Assembly: GCA_051251915.1 (NCBI GenBank)
Contig: JBPOGF010000014.1
Span: 62,799-126,798 of the forward strand
Direction: 5' to 3'
Length of the DNA stretch: 64,000 nt
DNA from: Akkermansiaceae bacterium
GTDB taxonomy: Bacteria > Verrucomicrobiota > Verrucomicrobiia > Verrucomicrobiales > Akkermansiaceae
The notes under the pieces are model-generated. The model was not told the origin of the DNA, ran no database searches, and was given only the letters and a program-made list of their open reading frames with translations. This document shows, one piece after another, positions 1-9,677 of the stretch (its first letter is position 1; every line of letters starts with the position of its first letter). The position numbers and the translations under genes were made by a program.

Positions 1-187
1 GTGTGAAAAATTTGATTTGCCTGGCTGGGTGGGGGAGTGTGTTTCGGATGATGAGCGTTATGCGAATGGTTATTTGGCGCGTACTCCGTTTAAAGATTGG
101 TAGGTATTTAATTTTGAGCTGTGTTTGTGCTTCAGACAAATTTTCGAACTCCTGCATATGGTGCATGAGTTGCTGCGCGTAGGGGAG

Positions 188-778
188 TTATTGCTTAGCA
201 GCTAGGAGCTTCTCTGTGTATTTGGCTAGGAGATCTGCTTCTAGGTTGATGGGGGTGCCTAGTTCTAGGGTGTGGAGGTGGGTCTCACGGAAGGTGTGGG
301 GGGTGATCCAGAAGGTGGCGGAAGTTTCACCGAGTTCGGCGATGGTGAGGGAGATTCCGTCGATGGCGATGCTGCCTTTGTCGATGCAGAACTTGTGGAT
401 CTCTGGAGGGAGTGAGATTTCTAGGCGGTGGTCTTGGCCGTGGATTGAGAGGTCGATGAGGGTGCCGGTGGCGTCTACGTGGCCTTGGACGAAGTGTCCG
501 CCGAGTCTCTGGGTGGGTAGTAGGGCGCGCTCAAGGTTCACGGTGGAACCTACTTTGAGTGAGCCGAGGGAGGTGACTTTGAGGGTTTGGTGGAGGAGGT
601 CGAATGAGGCGGTTCCGGGTGCTAGTTCGGCTACGGTGAGGCAGCACCCGTTGGTTGCTACTGAGTCGCCTAGAGCGAGTTCGCTAGCGAATGGGATGGC
701 AATTTTGTAGCGGGATTGGTCACCGAGGGTGGTGATCTCGGTGATGGTGCCTGTGGCTTCAACTAGTCCTGTGAACAT
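188..778 (-). CDS. ribE: Riboflavin synthase (alpha chain)
   Basis: N-terminal MFTGLVE signature; two lumazine-binding repeats (NGCCLTV, DGISLTI); GGHFVQGHVD. Confidence 0.95.
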   Translation of the reverse strand: MFTGLVEATGTITEITTLGDQSRYKIAIPFASELALGDSVATNGCCLTVAELAPGTASFDLLHQTLKVTSLGSLKVGSTVNLERALLPTQRLGGHFVQGHVDATGTLIDLSIHGQDHRLEISLPPEIHKFCIDKGSIAIDGISLTIAELGETSATFWITPHTFRETHLHTLELGTPINLEADLLAKYTEKLLAAKQ

Positions 779-847
779 ATGGGTGGTAATTGGTTATTTG
801 TTATTGTGCTGGGACGATGAAGCCTTGGTGTTTTGAGGGCTAGGTTG

Positions 848-2551
848 TTAGTTGCCGGGGCCTACTGGGTGGAGTTTGTTGGAGTTTCCTGGTAGGCTTG
901 GAGTTTCTTTTGGGTGCTCAAGTTCGTATTGGATCTTAGGATCTTCGGTCATTCCTGATGATGGGAATAGCATGAAGCAGAGTCCCATGATGATGGTAGG
1001 AACGAGAGCTGATAGAGCTAGTTTGAGTGGGGAGACTCCACCTTCGAAGTATTTGCCGAGGACGGATTGGCCAGCTGGGTTAGGAGCGTTGGCGATGACG
1101 GTGAGGCCACCACCGGTGACGGCACCTGCGAGGACGGCGTATTTGGCGGTGATGCCTAGACTTGGTGCTTGTGAGGCTAGGTAGGTGATGGCGGCATTGT
1201 CATTGAATGCGGTGAGGACTGTGGCGCCTTTCATGAGGATGGCACTTTGTTCTTGGAATGCCATGAGGAGAGGTTCGATCCACCAGCCTTGGCAGCCGCC
1301 GTGGATGACGAGGCCAGCGAGGAAGAAACCAACGAGTAGTGGTGATTTCATGGAGACATCGTTTTGGTGATGACCAGTGGCTTGGGTGAAGCCTAGGAAG
1401 AACATGAATCCGCCGATGAAGAGCACTGGGTAGTGAGCTGTGAGAACGGTGAAAGCTAGGAATCCTAGGTGGGTGAGTGTGACAGCGAGAGGGATAGAAT
1501 CTTCACGTTCGTTCCAGCGGAGTTTGTTGCTGGTGGTTGTTTCAGCGCTTTTGAGGCTAGCGAAGTGCTTGCGGAATGCCATGAAGTAGAGGGCATTAGC
1601 GATGAGGATGCCGATGATGGCTTTCCAACCGAAGTTCATGAACATGTAGCCCATTCCGAAGTGCCATTTTTCTGCGATCATGAGGACTGGTGGAGCAGCG
1701 AAGTGGGTGAGTGTGCCACCAACGGAGATGTTAACGAAGAGTAGTCCGAGTGTGGCGTAGGCGAACTTAGCGGGTGGGTTCTTGTCGTAGAACCACTTGG
1801 CGAGGAGCATGGCGGCGATGGTCATGGCTGCTGGCTCGGTGATGAATGATCCTAGTAGTGGGGTGATGGTGAGAACTGAGAGCCACCATGCTGCGGCTCC
1901 ACCTCCCATGAGGCCTGCTACTTTACCGACGATCATTTCAGCAAAGCGGATGACTGGGCGGGTGGCTGAGATGGCCATGATGATGACGACGAAGAGGGGT
2001 TCGGTGAAGTTGACATCGTGGCCGACGTATTGGACTGCTTGGTTGAAGTCAAAGAAGTAGACTACAGCACCTACCAGAGCGATGACCCAGATACCGAAGA
2101 TGGCTTCGACTTCTCCTAGGAAGTGGAAGAGGTGGGCGCGGAATGATACATCGTCTTTGGCATCTTCTTCTGGCTTGGCGCAGGCAGTTCTGCCGCGTTT
2201 TTCGTTGAGTTCTTTTTGTCTGTGTTCGTGCTTGTGTGCCATTTCAATGAAGAATCCGGCAAGGAATGTGTGAACGATGGCGCAGATGAAGATGATGGTG
2301 GCTACTATGTTAAATCCACCTTGCTCGAATGCGCGGTATTTGAGAGTGGCCATGAGGTCCATTTCTCCGTTTTCCGCTTTTTTTTCTTCGTATGAGGCGA
2401 GTGGTTTAGGAAAGACAGCGTGCTGGTCGCTGTCTAGGCCGTGTTCTCCTCTTTCGTAGGCAGGCTGTTGCTTCGCAGCATGTGCTTCGGGAACAAGCAT
2501 AATGGTGGCGAAGAGTGCGAATATGGAGCAGATAATGGTTAGTTTTCTCAT
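848..2551 (-). CDS. Putative Na+/H+ antiporter (DUF1504-like multi-pass membrane protein)
   Basis: Many TM helices; GSFITEPAAMT, NISVGGTLTHFAAPPV and GGGLTVIANAPNPAG motifs. Start placed at MRKLTII (2551); the ORF track starts at 2605. Confidence 0.75.
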   Translation of the reverse strand: MRKLTIICSIFALFATIMLVPEAHAAKQQPAYERGEHGLDSDQHAVFPKPLASYEEKKAENGEMDLMATLKYRAFEQGGFNIVATIIFICAIVHTFLAGFFIEMAHKHEHRQKELNEKRGRTACAKPEEDAKDDVSFRAHLFHFLGEVEAIFGIWVIALVGAVVYFFDFNQAVQYVGHDVNFTEPLFVVIIMAISATRPVIRFAEMIVGKVAGLMGGGAAAWWLSVLTITPLLGSFITEPAAMTIAAMLLAKWFYDKNPPAKFAYATLGLLFVNISVGGTLTHFAAPPVLMIAEKWHFGMGYMFMNFGWKAIIGILIANALYFMAFRKHFASLKSAETTTSNKLRWNEREDSIPLAVTLTHLGFLAFTVLTAHYPVLFIGGFMFFLGFTQATGHHQNDVSMKSPLLVGFFLAGLVIHGGCQGWWIEPLLMAFQEQSAILMKGATVLTAFNDNAAITYLASQAPSLGITAKYAVLAGAVTGGGLTVIANAPNPAGQSVLGKYFEGGVSPLKLALSALVPTIIMGLCFMLFPSSGMTEDPKIQYELEHPKETPSLPGNSNKLHPVGPGN

Positions 2552-2933
2552 GTGATTGGTGTTGACTAATTGCGTAAGTGATAGCGACTGGGGTAGTGTT
2601 GGCAATGAGATTTTGCATTTTTGTGAGAATATTTATGATAGGCATAAATTTGCCTATTGATTGGCTGAAATTGGCATGGTGGTGGTAGGGATTATTGGTT
2701 GTTTTTATGGGAAGGTGAGTTTGTTACCCTACTTGTGGGTTACGTTGTTGGCTCATCTGCTTTTAAGTCCATGGTGGTGGATTATAATAATCTTTACTCA
2801 TGCTCTTGAGTTGGATTAGGATTCTTAGTATTCAAACAATGAAAATAGAAGAATTCATGAATTGTGAGTGGTGGACGATGTTGATCTCATTCATTTATAT
2901 TTCAACACGTATGGGGAATGTAGTTCAATCATC

Positions 2934-4379
2934 ATGACGTTAGCGTGGAATTTTGGAGTGATTCAGTGTTTGGGGCTCGTGTTAGTGATCTTCTTTATTT
3001 TGGGGGTCATGCATTCGCTGCATGTTCTTAAGCATGTGAGGTCTAGCCAGGGGGCGATAGCTTGGATAGGAGGATTACTGATGCTTCCAATAGTTGTGGT
3101 GCCTCTCTATTGGCTGACGGGAAGAACGCGTTATCATAATTATGTGAAAGCTAGGAAGTCTTTGCATGATGAGCTGAGTGATGTGTATGATGAGCTCAAA
3201 GAGGCATCCTATCGTTATGGGTATCAATCAGAAAACGAGTTGATCAATGCAGTTTCAAAGATTCGCTATGTTCACAGCACGGCTGGAAATGAAATGCAGC
3301 TGCTTAAGGATGCTCATGAGAAATTTGAGAAGGTTTTCGAGGAGTTAAAGAATGCGAAGGAGTATATTCTCGTGGAGTATTTCACGATTAAATCCGACAG
3401 GATAGGAACTCGATTTAAAGATGCTCTGCTTGAACAGGTGAATAAGGGGGTGAGAGTTTATGTCTTGTATGATTCCTTTGGGTCGTCTGATATGAGCGAT
3501 GACTACATTGATGAGTTAAAGCAAGCTGGGGTGCATATCCATTCATTTGGCATCAAGAGGAAATGGCTTTCTCGTTTTCAGTTGAATTTTAGGAATCACC
3601 GCAAAATCATTGTGATAGATGGTGAGCAGGCATTTATAGGTGGTATCAATATAGGCGATGAATATCTGGGGAGGGATGAGGAGATAGGTTATTGGCGAGA
3701 TACGCATATGCATGTACGAGGTCCTGCAGTGTGGGGGCTCCAGACGGTGGTCTTGGAAGATTATTATTGGGGAACTGGGGAGCTGATAGATGTTCGGTGG
3801 GATCAGGATTTTAGCGATCTATCTGAGACCTCTGAGAAGGCTACTTCGCTGGCAAGTAGTCCTTCAGATGATTTCGATACTTGGCATCTTACTTTGGCGG
3901 CGGCCGCGAGTGTGGCTAAAGAACGGCTGTGGATAACGACTCCTTATTTGGTACCAGATGAAGGTTTGATTACAGCTTTGCAGACAGCTGTTATGCGCGG
4001 GGTAGATGTTAGAATTTTGTTTCCTAAAGAGTCGGATCAAATCATTGTAGCCTACGCTGCGTATACGTTTGAAGAGGATCTTATTCCTATGGGCATTAAG
4101 TTGCACGCGTATCATAAAGGGTTCACGCACCAGAAGGTGGTGCTTGTAGATTCTAATACCGCGATGGTAGGTACAGCGAATCTGGACAATCGTTCTTTCA
4201 GGTTAAATTTTGAGATCATGATGCTTACAGAGTCTGAGAAGATGATTCAGAAAGTGGAGGAGATGCTTAATGATGACTTTGCAAATTCTATGAGGATTGA
4301 AGAATCTGAGCTAGCGGATAAGAATGTTTTTGTGAGGATTTTTTCGAATTTCGCTCGATTGTTTGTTCCTATTCTTTAG
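2934..4379 (+). CDS. cls: Cardiolipin synthase (phospholipase D family)
   Basis: Two HKD motifs (HRKIIVID, HQKVVLVD) and N-terminal TM hairpin; ATG at 2934 preferred over GTG at 2868. Confidence 0.92.
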   Translation: MTLAWNFGVIQCLGLVLVIFFILGVMHSLHVLKHVRSSQGAIAWIGGLLMLPIVVVPLYWLTGRTRYHNYVKARKSLHDELSDVYDELKEASYRYGYQSENELINAVSKIRYVHSTAGNEMQLLKDAHEKFEKVFEELKNAKEYILVEYFTIKSDRIGTRFKDALLEQVNKGVRVYVLYDSFGSSDMSDDYIDELKQAGVHIHSFGIKRKWLSRFQLNFRNHRKIIVIDGEQAFIGGINIGDEYLGRDEEIGYWRDTHMHVRGPAVWGLQTVVLEDYYWGTGELIDVRWDQDFSDLSETSEKATSLASSPSDDFDTWHLTLAAAASVAKERLWITTPYLVPDEGLITALQTAVMRGVDVRILFPKESDQIIVAYAAYTFEEDLIPMGIKLHAYHKGFTHQKVVLVDSNTAMVGTANLDNRSFRLNFEIMMLTESEKMIQKVEEMLNDDFANSMRIEESELADKNVFVRIFSNFARLFVPIL

Positions 4380-4444
4380 GGGATATTTTACAATTTTTTG
4401 AGATTAAGAATTGCTGGCTTGAGTTTGGCTGTTGGGGGGCTAAA

Positions 4445-5410
4445 ATGCTGAGAATGAAAGACGGAATGAATTGGGATAATTTAGCGAAGGCCATGGTCTT
4501 GGTGCTAGGTGCTGGGGTGGTAAGTTGTGGTGCGCTGTCGCGCTCGGCCAGAGCGGTGGGTGGTAAGTTGAAGGATATGAATGAGGAGTCTGGGGAACTG
4601 CAATCTCATCAACATGCAATTGATGAGGAGTCTACTCCGAGCCGTGGGTTGAGGGCATTGAGTGGTGGAAATGTGGTGGCGCGAGTGGGGCAACTGACGA
4701 CACGTGAGGAGGATATTGTGTGGGCGCCGGAGGATCCGGATATGCCGATTGCTGAGTTAGAGGGCTTGGTAGTGGATGATGAGAATCCGTTGGATTCATG
4801 GTTTGAGGATTATGGGAAGGCGATGAAGAAAGCGCGTGTGGAGGGTAAGCCGGTGATGATCTGGTTTACGCGGACTAAGAATAGTCCGTTGTGTAAGGTG
4901 CTGAGTGCGGAGTTGTTTAACAATAAGGAATTTGAAGACTGGGCGGATGAGAATGTGATACGGCTGAGGGTGGACTCAAATATACAGGAGAGGGATACTG
5001 CTAAGCGCAAGGATCGAGAGAGGTATGTGGCGGGACTTAAGGAGCGCTATAGAGCGCTGGGTCAGCCGGTGGTGGTGATTATTTCGCCTAGGGGGACGGA
5101 GTTTGGAAAGTATAGGGGGTATACTCCTGGGTCTGCGGTGTTTTACTTTGGTAGGCTGAAGAATGATGCGGGTGTAGCGCAGAAGGATCATGCTAGCTGG
5201 CAGTCTGAGATGGCGAGTAAGGGGTATCGCTCATGGCGTGATGTGCGTGGGCGTGCTGTGTTTGCGAAGGCTGTGCGTTACCGTGATGGGGTGATCTGGC
5301 TGGTGGAACCGGATGGGAAGAAGTCTAGTACTAGTGTGAGCAAATTATCTACTGAGGATAGGCAGTATGTGGAGCGTAAGCTTGCTGACTATAGGGCTAA
5401 GAAGCCCTAG
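4445..5410 (+). CDS. Probable lipoprotein with thioredoxin-like fold and C-terminal SHD1-like domain
   Basis: Lipobox-like GVVSC; KPVMIWFT...SPLC thioredoxin-like segment (SxxC, not CxxC); RSWRDVRGR...LSTEDRQYV resembles SHD1. Confidence 0.65.
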   Translation: MLRMKDGMNWDNLAKAMVLVLGAGVVSCGALSRSARAVGGKLKDMNEESGELQSHQHAIDEESTPSRGLRALSGGNVVARVGQLTTREEDIVWAPEDPDMPIAELEGLVVDDENPLDSWFEDYGKAMKKARVEGKPVMIWFTRTKNSPLCKVLSAELFNNKEFEDWADENVIRLRVDSNIQERDTAKRKDRERYVAGLKERYRALGQPVVVIISPRGTEFGKYRGYTPGSAVFYFGRLKNDAGVAQKDHASWQSEMASKGYRSWRDVRGRAVFAKAVRYRDGVIWLVEPDGKKSSTSVSKLSTEDRQYVERKLADYRAKKP

Positions 5411-5437
5411 TCTGGGGGAGATCTGGTGGAGAAGGGG

Positions 5438-6175
5438 CTATACTGACTTGATGCTTAGGAGCGGATTGTTGTTTACATCGAAGAGTGTGGTGAAGAATTT
5501 GCTAGGGCTCTGGATGATTTTGTGATGGCTGACAGCGAGTGGGTTTAGGGTGAGTTTGCTTTGCTGTTTCTTGAGCGCGGCTGTGCCGAATTGTGTCATT
5601 AGGCTTTTGAACTCAAGGTCCTTGAGTATGGATGTGCCTGCTAGGGGGAGGGAGCAGATGACTTTTTTACCACGGATGATTTCTCGGTTTACTGCTTTGG
5701 CTACTTGGGTGATGTTGTTGTTGATCTTGTTAAGTGCATTAGGAGAGTCCTGTTGAGAAGTTAGATGTTGGGGTGGTGTTTCTATTGTGCCACTTTCGTT
5801 TTCGAAGAGTTTTAGCATGCACTCAAAGCAGTCCCACTGGCTTTTTGCGGTGAGGCTAATTTCATGGAAAAGTTCTCCTGATTCTGATGTGAAGCGGAAG
5901 TTAGCTTGGTGGTATTCTGCAGCTACTTGGACGGTGACTTGCTTCCAGTTTTCGAATAGCCATTGGTGATTTCCATTGATAGCTATGCTTCTGTCTTCAC
6001 GTGGTGTGGTGAGGAGGCGCGGGTATTCACCTTGGGATGATACGCTGGCTATGGCATTATGATAGCGGTGCTGGATGGTGCCGAGGGTGTGCATCCGGTG
6101 TAGCAGGCGTGACCAGGTTGGTTTTAGGAGGTGATTTGTGGTGTTGGTGTCTGATAGATCCATTTTGTTGAGCAT
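5438..6175 (-). CDS. Divergent HemS/ChuX-like heme utilisation protein (tentative)
   Basis: Pattern LGTIQHRYHNA...WLFENW...FRFTSESGELFHEISL resembles a HemS-type domain; Fur-like box directly upstream. Confidence 0.5.
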   Translation of the reverse strand: MLNKMDLSDTNTTNHLLKPTWSRLLHRMHTLGTIQHRYHNAIASVSSQGEYPRLLTTPREDRSIAINGNHQWLFENWKQVTVQVAAEYHQANFRFTSESGELFHEISLTAKSQWDCFECMLKLFENESGTIETPPQHLTSQQDSPNALNKINNNITQVAKAVNREIIRGKKVICSLPLAGTSILKDLEFKSLMTQFGTAALKKQQSKLTLNPLAVSHHKIIQSPSKFFTTLFDVNNNPLLSIKSV

Positions 6176-6185
6176 TATATAACCT

Positions 6186-6206
6186 TATTGAGAATCATTA
6201 TCAATA
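6186..6206. promoter_or_regulatory. Fur-like box
   Basis: TATTGAGAATCATTATCAATA, near-palindromic and close to the Fur consensus GATAATGATAATCATTATC; 10 bp upstream of the 5438-6175 ORF. Confidence 0.75.
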
Positions 6207-6276
6207 GAAAATTTACGCTTTTTTGGATGGATCATTTTACTAGACTCGCAGGAAGTAAGTTGGGGGGATGAGACTT

Positions 6277-6318
6277 GAGGGAGAGGGAGAGGGAGAGGGA
6301 GAGGGAGAGGGTGAGGGT
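6277..6318 (+). repeat. Hexanucleotide tandem repeat (GAGGGA)5(GAGGGT)2
   Basis: Read directly from the intergenic sequence just past the trpA stop. Confidence 0.9.
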
Positions 6319-6332
6319 GGGGAGTGGGAGAT

Positions 6333-7142
6333 TTAAACCGTTTTTTTGTGGGTGGCGTCGATGAGGGGTTTGGTGAAGTTGGTGACAATTTGTGGTAGGT
6401 CTGGGTTGGTGGCGTTTTCGGCGATTTGGTTGACGATGGCTGAGCCTACGATGACGCCGTCTGAGACGCTGGCAACCATGGCGGCTTGGTCTGGGGTGTT
6501 GATGCCGAAGCCTACGCAGACTGGGACGTCTGTGTGTTTTTTGATGGCTGCGACGGTTTGGCCGATGGTGTCTGAAGGTGCGGCTTGGGCTCCGGTGACG
6601 CCGGTGCGGGAGAGTGCGTAGATGAACCCTTCTGATTGCTTGGCGAGTGATGCGATTCTCTCCTCTGGTGAGGTGGGGGCGATGAGGGTGATGTGCTTGA
6701 GTGTGGATAGTTTACTAAACTCTGGGCTGCACTTGGCTTCATCTGGTGGGAGGTCTAGGAGTAGGAGTCCGTCGACTCCGGCTTCGATGGCGTCGGTGAC
6801 GAAGTTGTCATAGCCGTATGAGAAAATGGGGTTGAGGTAGGTGAAGAGAACGATGGGTGTCTGGTGGGTGGTGCGGAACTGGCGGACGAGGTCGAGGACC
6901 TTGGGTAGTGTGCAGCCTGCTTTGAGGGCGCGGTCTGCGGCGAGCTGGTTTACTGCTCCGTCTGCGAGTGGATCTGAAAATGGGACACCGAGCTCGATGA
7001 CGTCTGCGCCTGCATCTGCTAGGCCAGTGATGATGGCAAGGCATAGATCTAGTGTGGGGTCACCGGCGGCGACGTAGGCGATGAATGCGGGGGTGTTGGT
7101 TTTCTTTAGGTTCTGGAAAGTGGCGTCGATTCGGCAGCTCAT
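6333..7142 (-). CDS. trpA: Tryptophan synthase alpha chain
   Basis: AGDP, ELGVPFSDPLADG, SRTGVTG, VGFGI and DGVIVGSAIV motifs. Confidence 0.97.
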   Translation of the reverse strand: MSCRIDATFQNLKKTNTPAFIAYVAAGDPTLDLCLAIITGLADAGADVIELGVPFSDPLADGAVNQLAADRALKAGCTLPKVLDLVRQFRTTHQTPIVLFTYLNPIFSYGYDNFVTDAIEAGVDGLLLLDLPPDEAKCSPEFSKLSTLKHITLIAPTSPEERIASLAKQSEGFIYALSRTGVTGAQAAPSDTIGQTVAAIKKHTDVPVCVGFGINTPDQAAMVASVSDGVIVGSAIVNQIAENATNPDLPQIVTNFTKPLIDATHKKTV

Positions 7143-7295
7143 GGGTGTTGATTTACAGAGGATTTTGTTAAATTGAAATGATTTTATTTATGTTTCATGA
7201 CAAAAGCTGAGGTGAGTGCTTGGGGAGGTGGTGGATAGTTTTAAAATAGGCATATTACTGATTGAATGAGGTAGGGAATAGGTGATAGTGGGGGT

Positions 7296-8948
7296 ATGAA
7301 ATGCTTTTCTTTGGTTCCTAAGTTTGTGATGTTTGCTTGTATGCTAGCGGTTTTGCCGGCTAGTGGGCAGAAGAAGTTTGATTACAAAACAGTGATTGCA
7401 GAGCCGATACGAGCGATGCCAATTCCACAGATGTGGGAAGGTAAGGGGAAAAATATAGGAAAGCTGAATATTCCTATTTCTACCAATGATGAGCAGGTGC
7501 AGAAGCATGTGCGGCAAGGGTTTGCGTTGTTGCATGCGCAGTGGGATATTGAGGCTTATCGGCATTTTGCAGCGGCTCTGAAGCGGGAGCCGGATTGCTT
7601 GATGGCGTATTGTGGGGTGGTGATGAGCTTGCTGAACCCTCAACACGAGTGGAAGGAATACCGAGCAAGGGCGATCAATAGGATGGTGAGTCTAGCGGGG
7701 CATAAGTCTGGTGAAGGTGAGGATGGTGAGTATGTATTTCCTACTAATGAGCGGGACTATGCTGTGGCTATAGGGAGCTTGGTGGTGAATGGGTTGGATG
7801 CTGGTGCGGGGTCGTTTGAGGTGTTGGCTGAGAAGTATCCGGGTGATTTGCAGTTGGCTTTGTTGGCGCCATTTTTTAATCGAGGTAAGTATGATGTTTT
7901 TGGTAGTTCAGATGCTAAGCAGGACAGGGCGGTGAAGAGGGTGAAGGAGATATTAAATGATAATCCTAACAATCCACTGGTGACGAATTTCTATGTGATG
8001 ATGCAGATAGAGGCGCCATTTAATGCTGTGAATCAGGAGGTGGATGTGCTGCCTTATGCGAAGTGGCTGGTGGAGCAGGATGGAGCGGATTATCCAGGTT
8101 GGCAGATGCTGCTGGGTTATGCTGCATGGCGGACTGGTGAGATGGAGCTGGCGCGGGATTCCTATCAGAAGGCAGTGGTGCTTTATGAGGAGTGGAAGAA
8201 GGAATCTAAAGCGGGGATTTCTGAGTGTGATGGGTTAATAAGAGCGTATTCATTTTTGGCTTTGGTTCACTATCAGATGGGTGATACGAAGAGTCTGAAT
8301 GAGGTTCTGAAAAAGTTGGAGATAGGTTCTCAGGCGCGCAAGAGCTCTGCTGTGTATGCGGTGAATTCGTGGAGCCATCAGATGCTAAGGGTGAATATGT
8401 TTATTGCGAATAGTGAAAAGGAAGAGATAACGAATGCGCTTAAAAGTTTGCCGAAAATTAACAGTAAGGATGAGAGTAGGGAGATGTTTAATTTAGTGAT
8501 AAAGGCATACCAGGCGTATGGGCTGACTAGGAGTTATAAGAATAGTGGGAAGGAAGAAAAATCTATTCAGATGTCTCAGCTGTTCAGTAAGCTTTTGAGG
8601 GAGCTTAGTGATAAGAGAAATGAGGCTAAGGAGGAGCCATATTATGCGCAGTATCTGATGTTGGTGCAGGCTTTGAAGGTTTATCATGCTGAGCTCTCTG
8701 CGGAGATGGTGGGTGATGTAGGTGCGTATAGTTTTTTCCAAGATGCGATTGATCAGCAGATGCAACCTACCCGATATTATCCACCTAATGTTCTCTATCC
8801 GATAGAGTATAAGTTGGCGAAATTTTATGAGAGGAAAGGGGATCTAAAGAAAGCGCGGGAGACTTATAAGCTGGCGATGAAGAGGATGCCTAGTCATCAG
8901 CAGAGTAAGCAAGCTTATGAGAGGTTGATGGAATTGTTAGAGGATTAA
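7296..8948 (+). CDS. Secreted TPR/helical-repeat protein
   Basis: Signal peptide; TPR-like segments (QGFALLHAQWDIEAYRHFAAALKREPDC, LAKFYERKGDLKKARETY). Confidence 0.7.
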   Translation: MKCFSLVPKFVMFACMLAVLPASGQKKFDYKTVIAEPIRAMPIPQMWEGKGKNIGKLNIPISTNDEQVQKHVRQGFALLHAQWDIEAYRHFAAALKREPDCLMAYCGVVMSLLNPQHEWKEYRARAINRMVSLAGHKSGEGEDGEYVFPTNERDYAVAIGSLVVNGLDAGAGSFEVLAEKYPGDLQLALLAPFFNRGKYDVFGSSDAKQDRAVKRVKEILNDNPNNPLVTNFYVMMQIEAPFNAVNQEVDVLPYAKWLVEQDGADYPGWQMLLGYAAWRTGEMELARDSYQKAVVLYEEWKKESKAGISECDGLIRAYSFLALVHYQMGDTKSLNEVLKKLEIGSQARKSSAVYAVNSWSHQMLRVNMFIANSEKEEITNALKSLPKINSKDESREMFNLVIKAYQAYGLTRSYKNSGKEEKSIQMSQLFSKLLRELSDKRNEAKEEPYYAQYLMLVQALKVYHAELSAEMVGDVGAYSFFQDAIDQQMQPTRYYPPNVLYPIEYKLAKFYERKGDLKKARETYKLAMKRMPSHQQSKQAYERLMELLED

Positions 8949-8972
8949 TTTAGATGATAAATATTAAGTGAG

Positions 8973-9674
8973 ATGGAGATGAACTCTGGAGATGATTTTG
9001 TGGTTCCTGGGTGTGATGGAGATTTTGAAATTCTCTATCAGGATGATGATATTTTACTGATTAATAAGCCTAGTGGGTTGTTGAGTTTGTCTGGGAAGAA
9101 TCCGCAGAATTTGGATTCGGTTCATTATCGATTGGTCCATGGTCAGGAGGGTGTGAGTGCTGCGTTTGCTGATGCGATTCTTCCGCATCGGTTGGATTTT
9201 GGGACATCGGGGGTGATGGTGGTGGGGTTGCATGCGGGGGCTTCGCGGTATTTGAATAGGCAGTTTCAGGAGCGCGGGGTGAGGAAGAGTTATTTTGCGA
9301 TGCTGGATGGGTGGGTTGCGGAGGATAGGGGGCGGATCTTAGCGTCTATTGCGAAGGATAAAGAGTTATTTCCGCGGGTGAAGATTTGTGAGAGGACAGG
9401 GAAGGAGGCGGTGAGTGAGTATGAGGTTGTTGAGCGTTTAGAGTTGCCGAGAAGGAGTTTGGTGAAATTTAGTCCGCTTACTGGGAGGACGCATCAGTTG
9501 CGGATTCATAGTCATGCTATTGGTCATCCTATTCTAGGTTGTGATTTGTATAAGAATGAGGGAAGCGAGGGGATGGCGGATAGGTTAATGTTACATGCTA
9601 GTGATTTGTATTTTGATCACCCGAATGGTGGTGGGTTGTTTCATGGGCACTGTCCTTGTACTTTTGTAGAGTAG
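8973..9674 (+). CDS. rluA: RluA-family pseudouridine synthase
   Basis: INKPSGLLS, HRLDFGTSG (catalytic Asp), TGRTHQLRIH, GHPILGCDLY and LMLHA motifs. Confidence 0.9.
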   Translation: MEMNSGDDFVVPGCDGDFEILYQDDDILLINKPSGLLSLSGKNPQNLDSVHYRLVHGQEGVSAAFADAILPHRLDFGTSGVMVVGLHAGASRYLNRQFQERGVRKSYFAMLDGWVAEDRGRILASIAKDKELFPRVKICERTGKEAVSEYEVVERLELPRRSLVKFSPLTGRTHQLRIHSHAIGHPILGCDLYKNEGSEGMADRLMLHASDLYFDHPNGGGLFHGHCPCTFVE

Positions 9675-9677
9675 AAC

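Noticed and set aside
216..2459. Many + strand ORFs antisense to ribE and the antiporter, and similar shadow ORFs across the window
   Set aside because: They are antisense shadows of well-supported genes, favoured by the biased composition.
6185..6388. 67-aa proline-rich ORF
   Set aside because: It is produced by the GAGGGA repeat and overlaps the trpA end and the Fur-like box.
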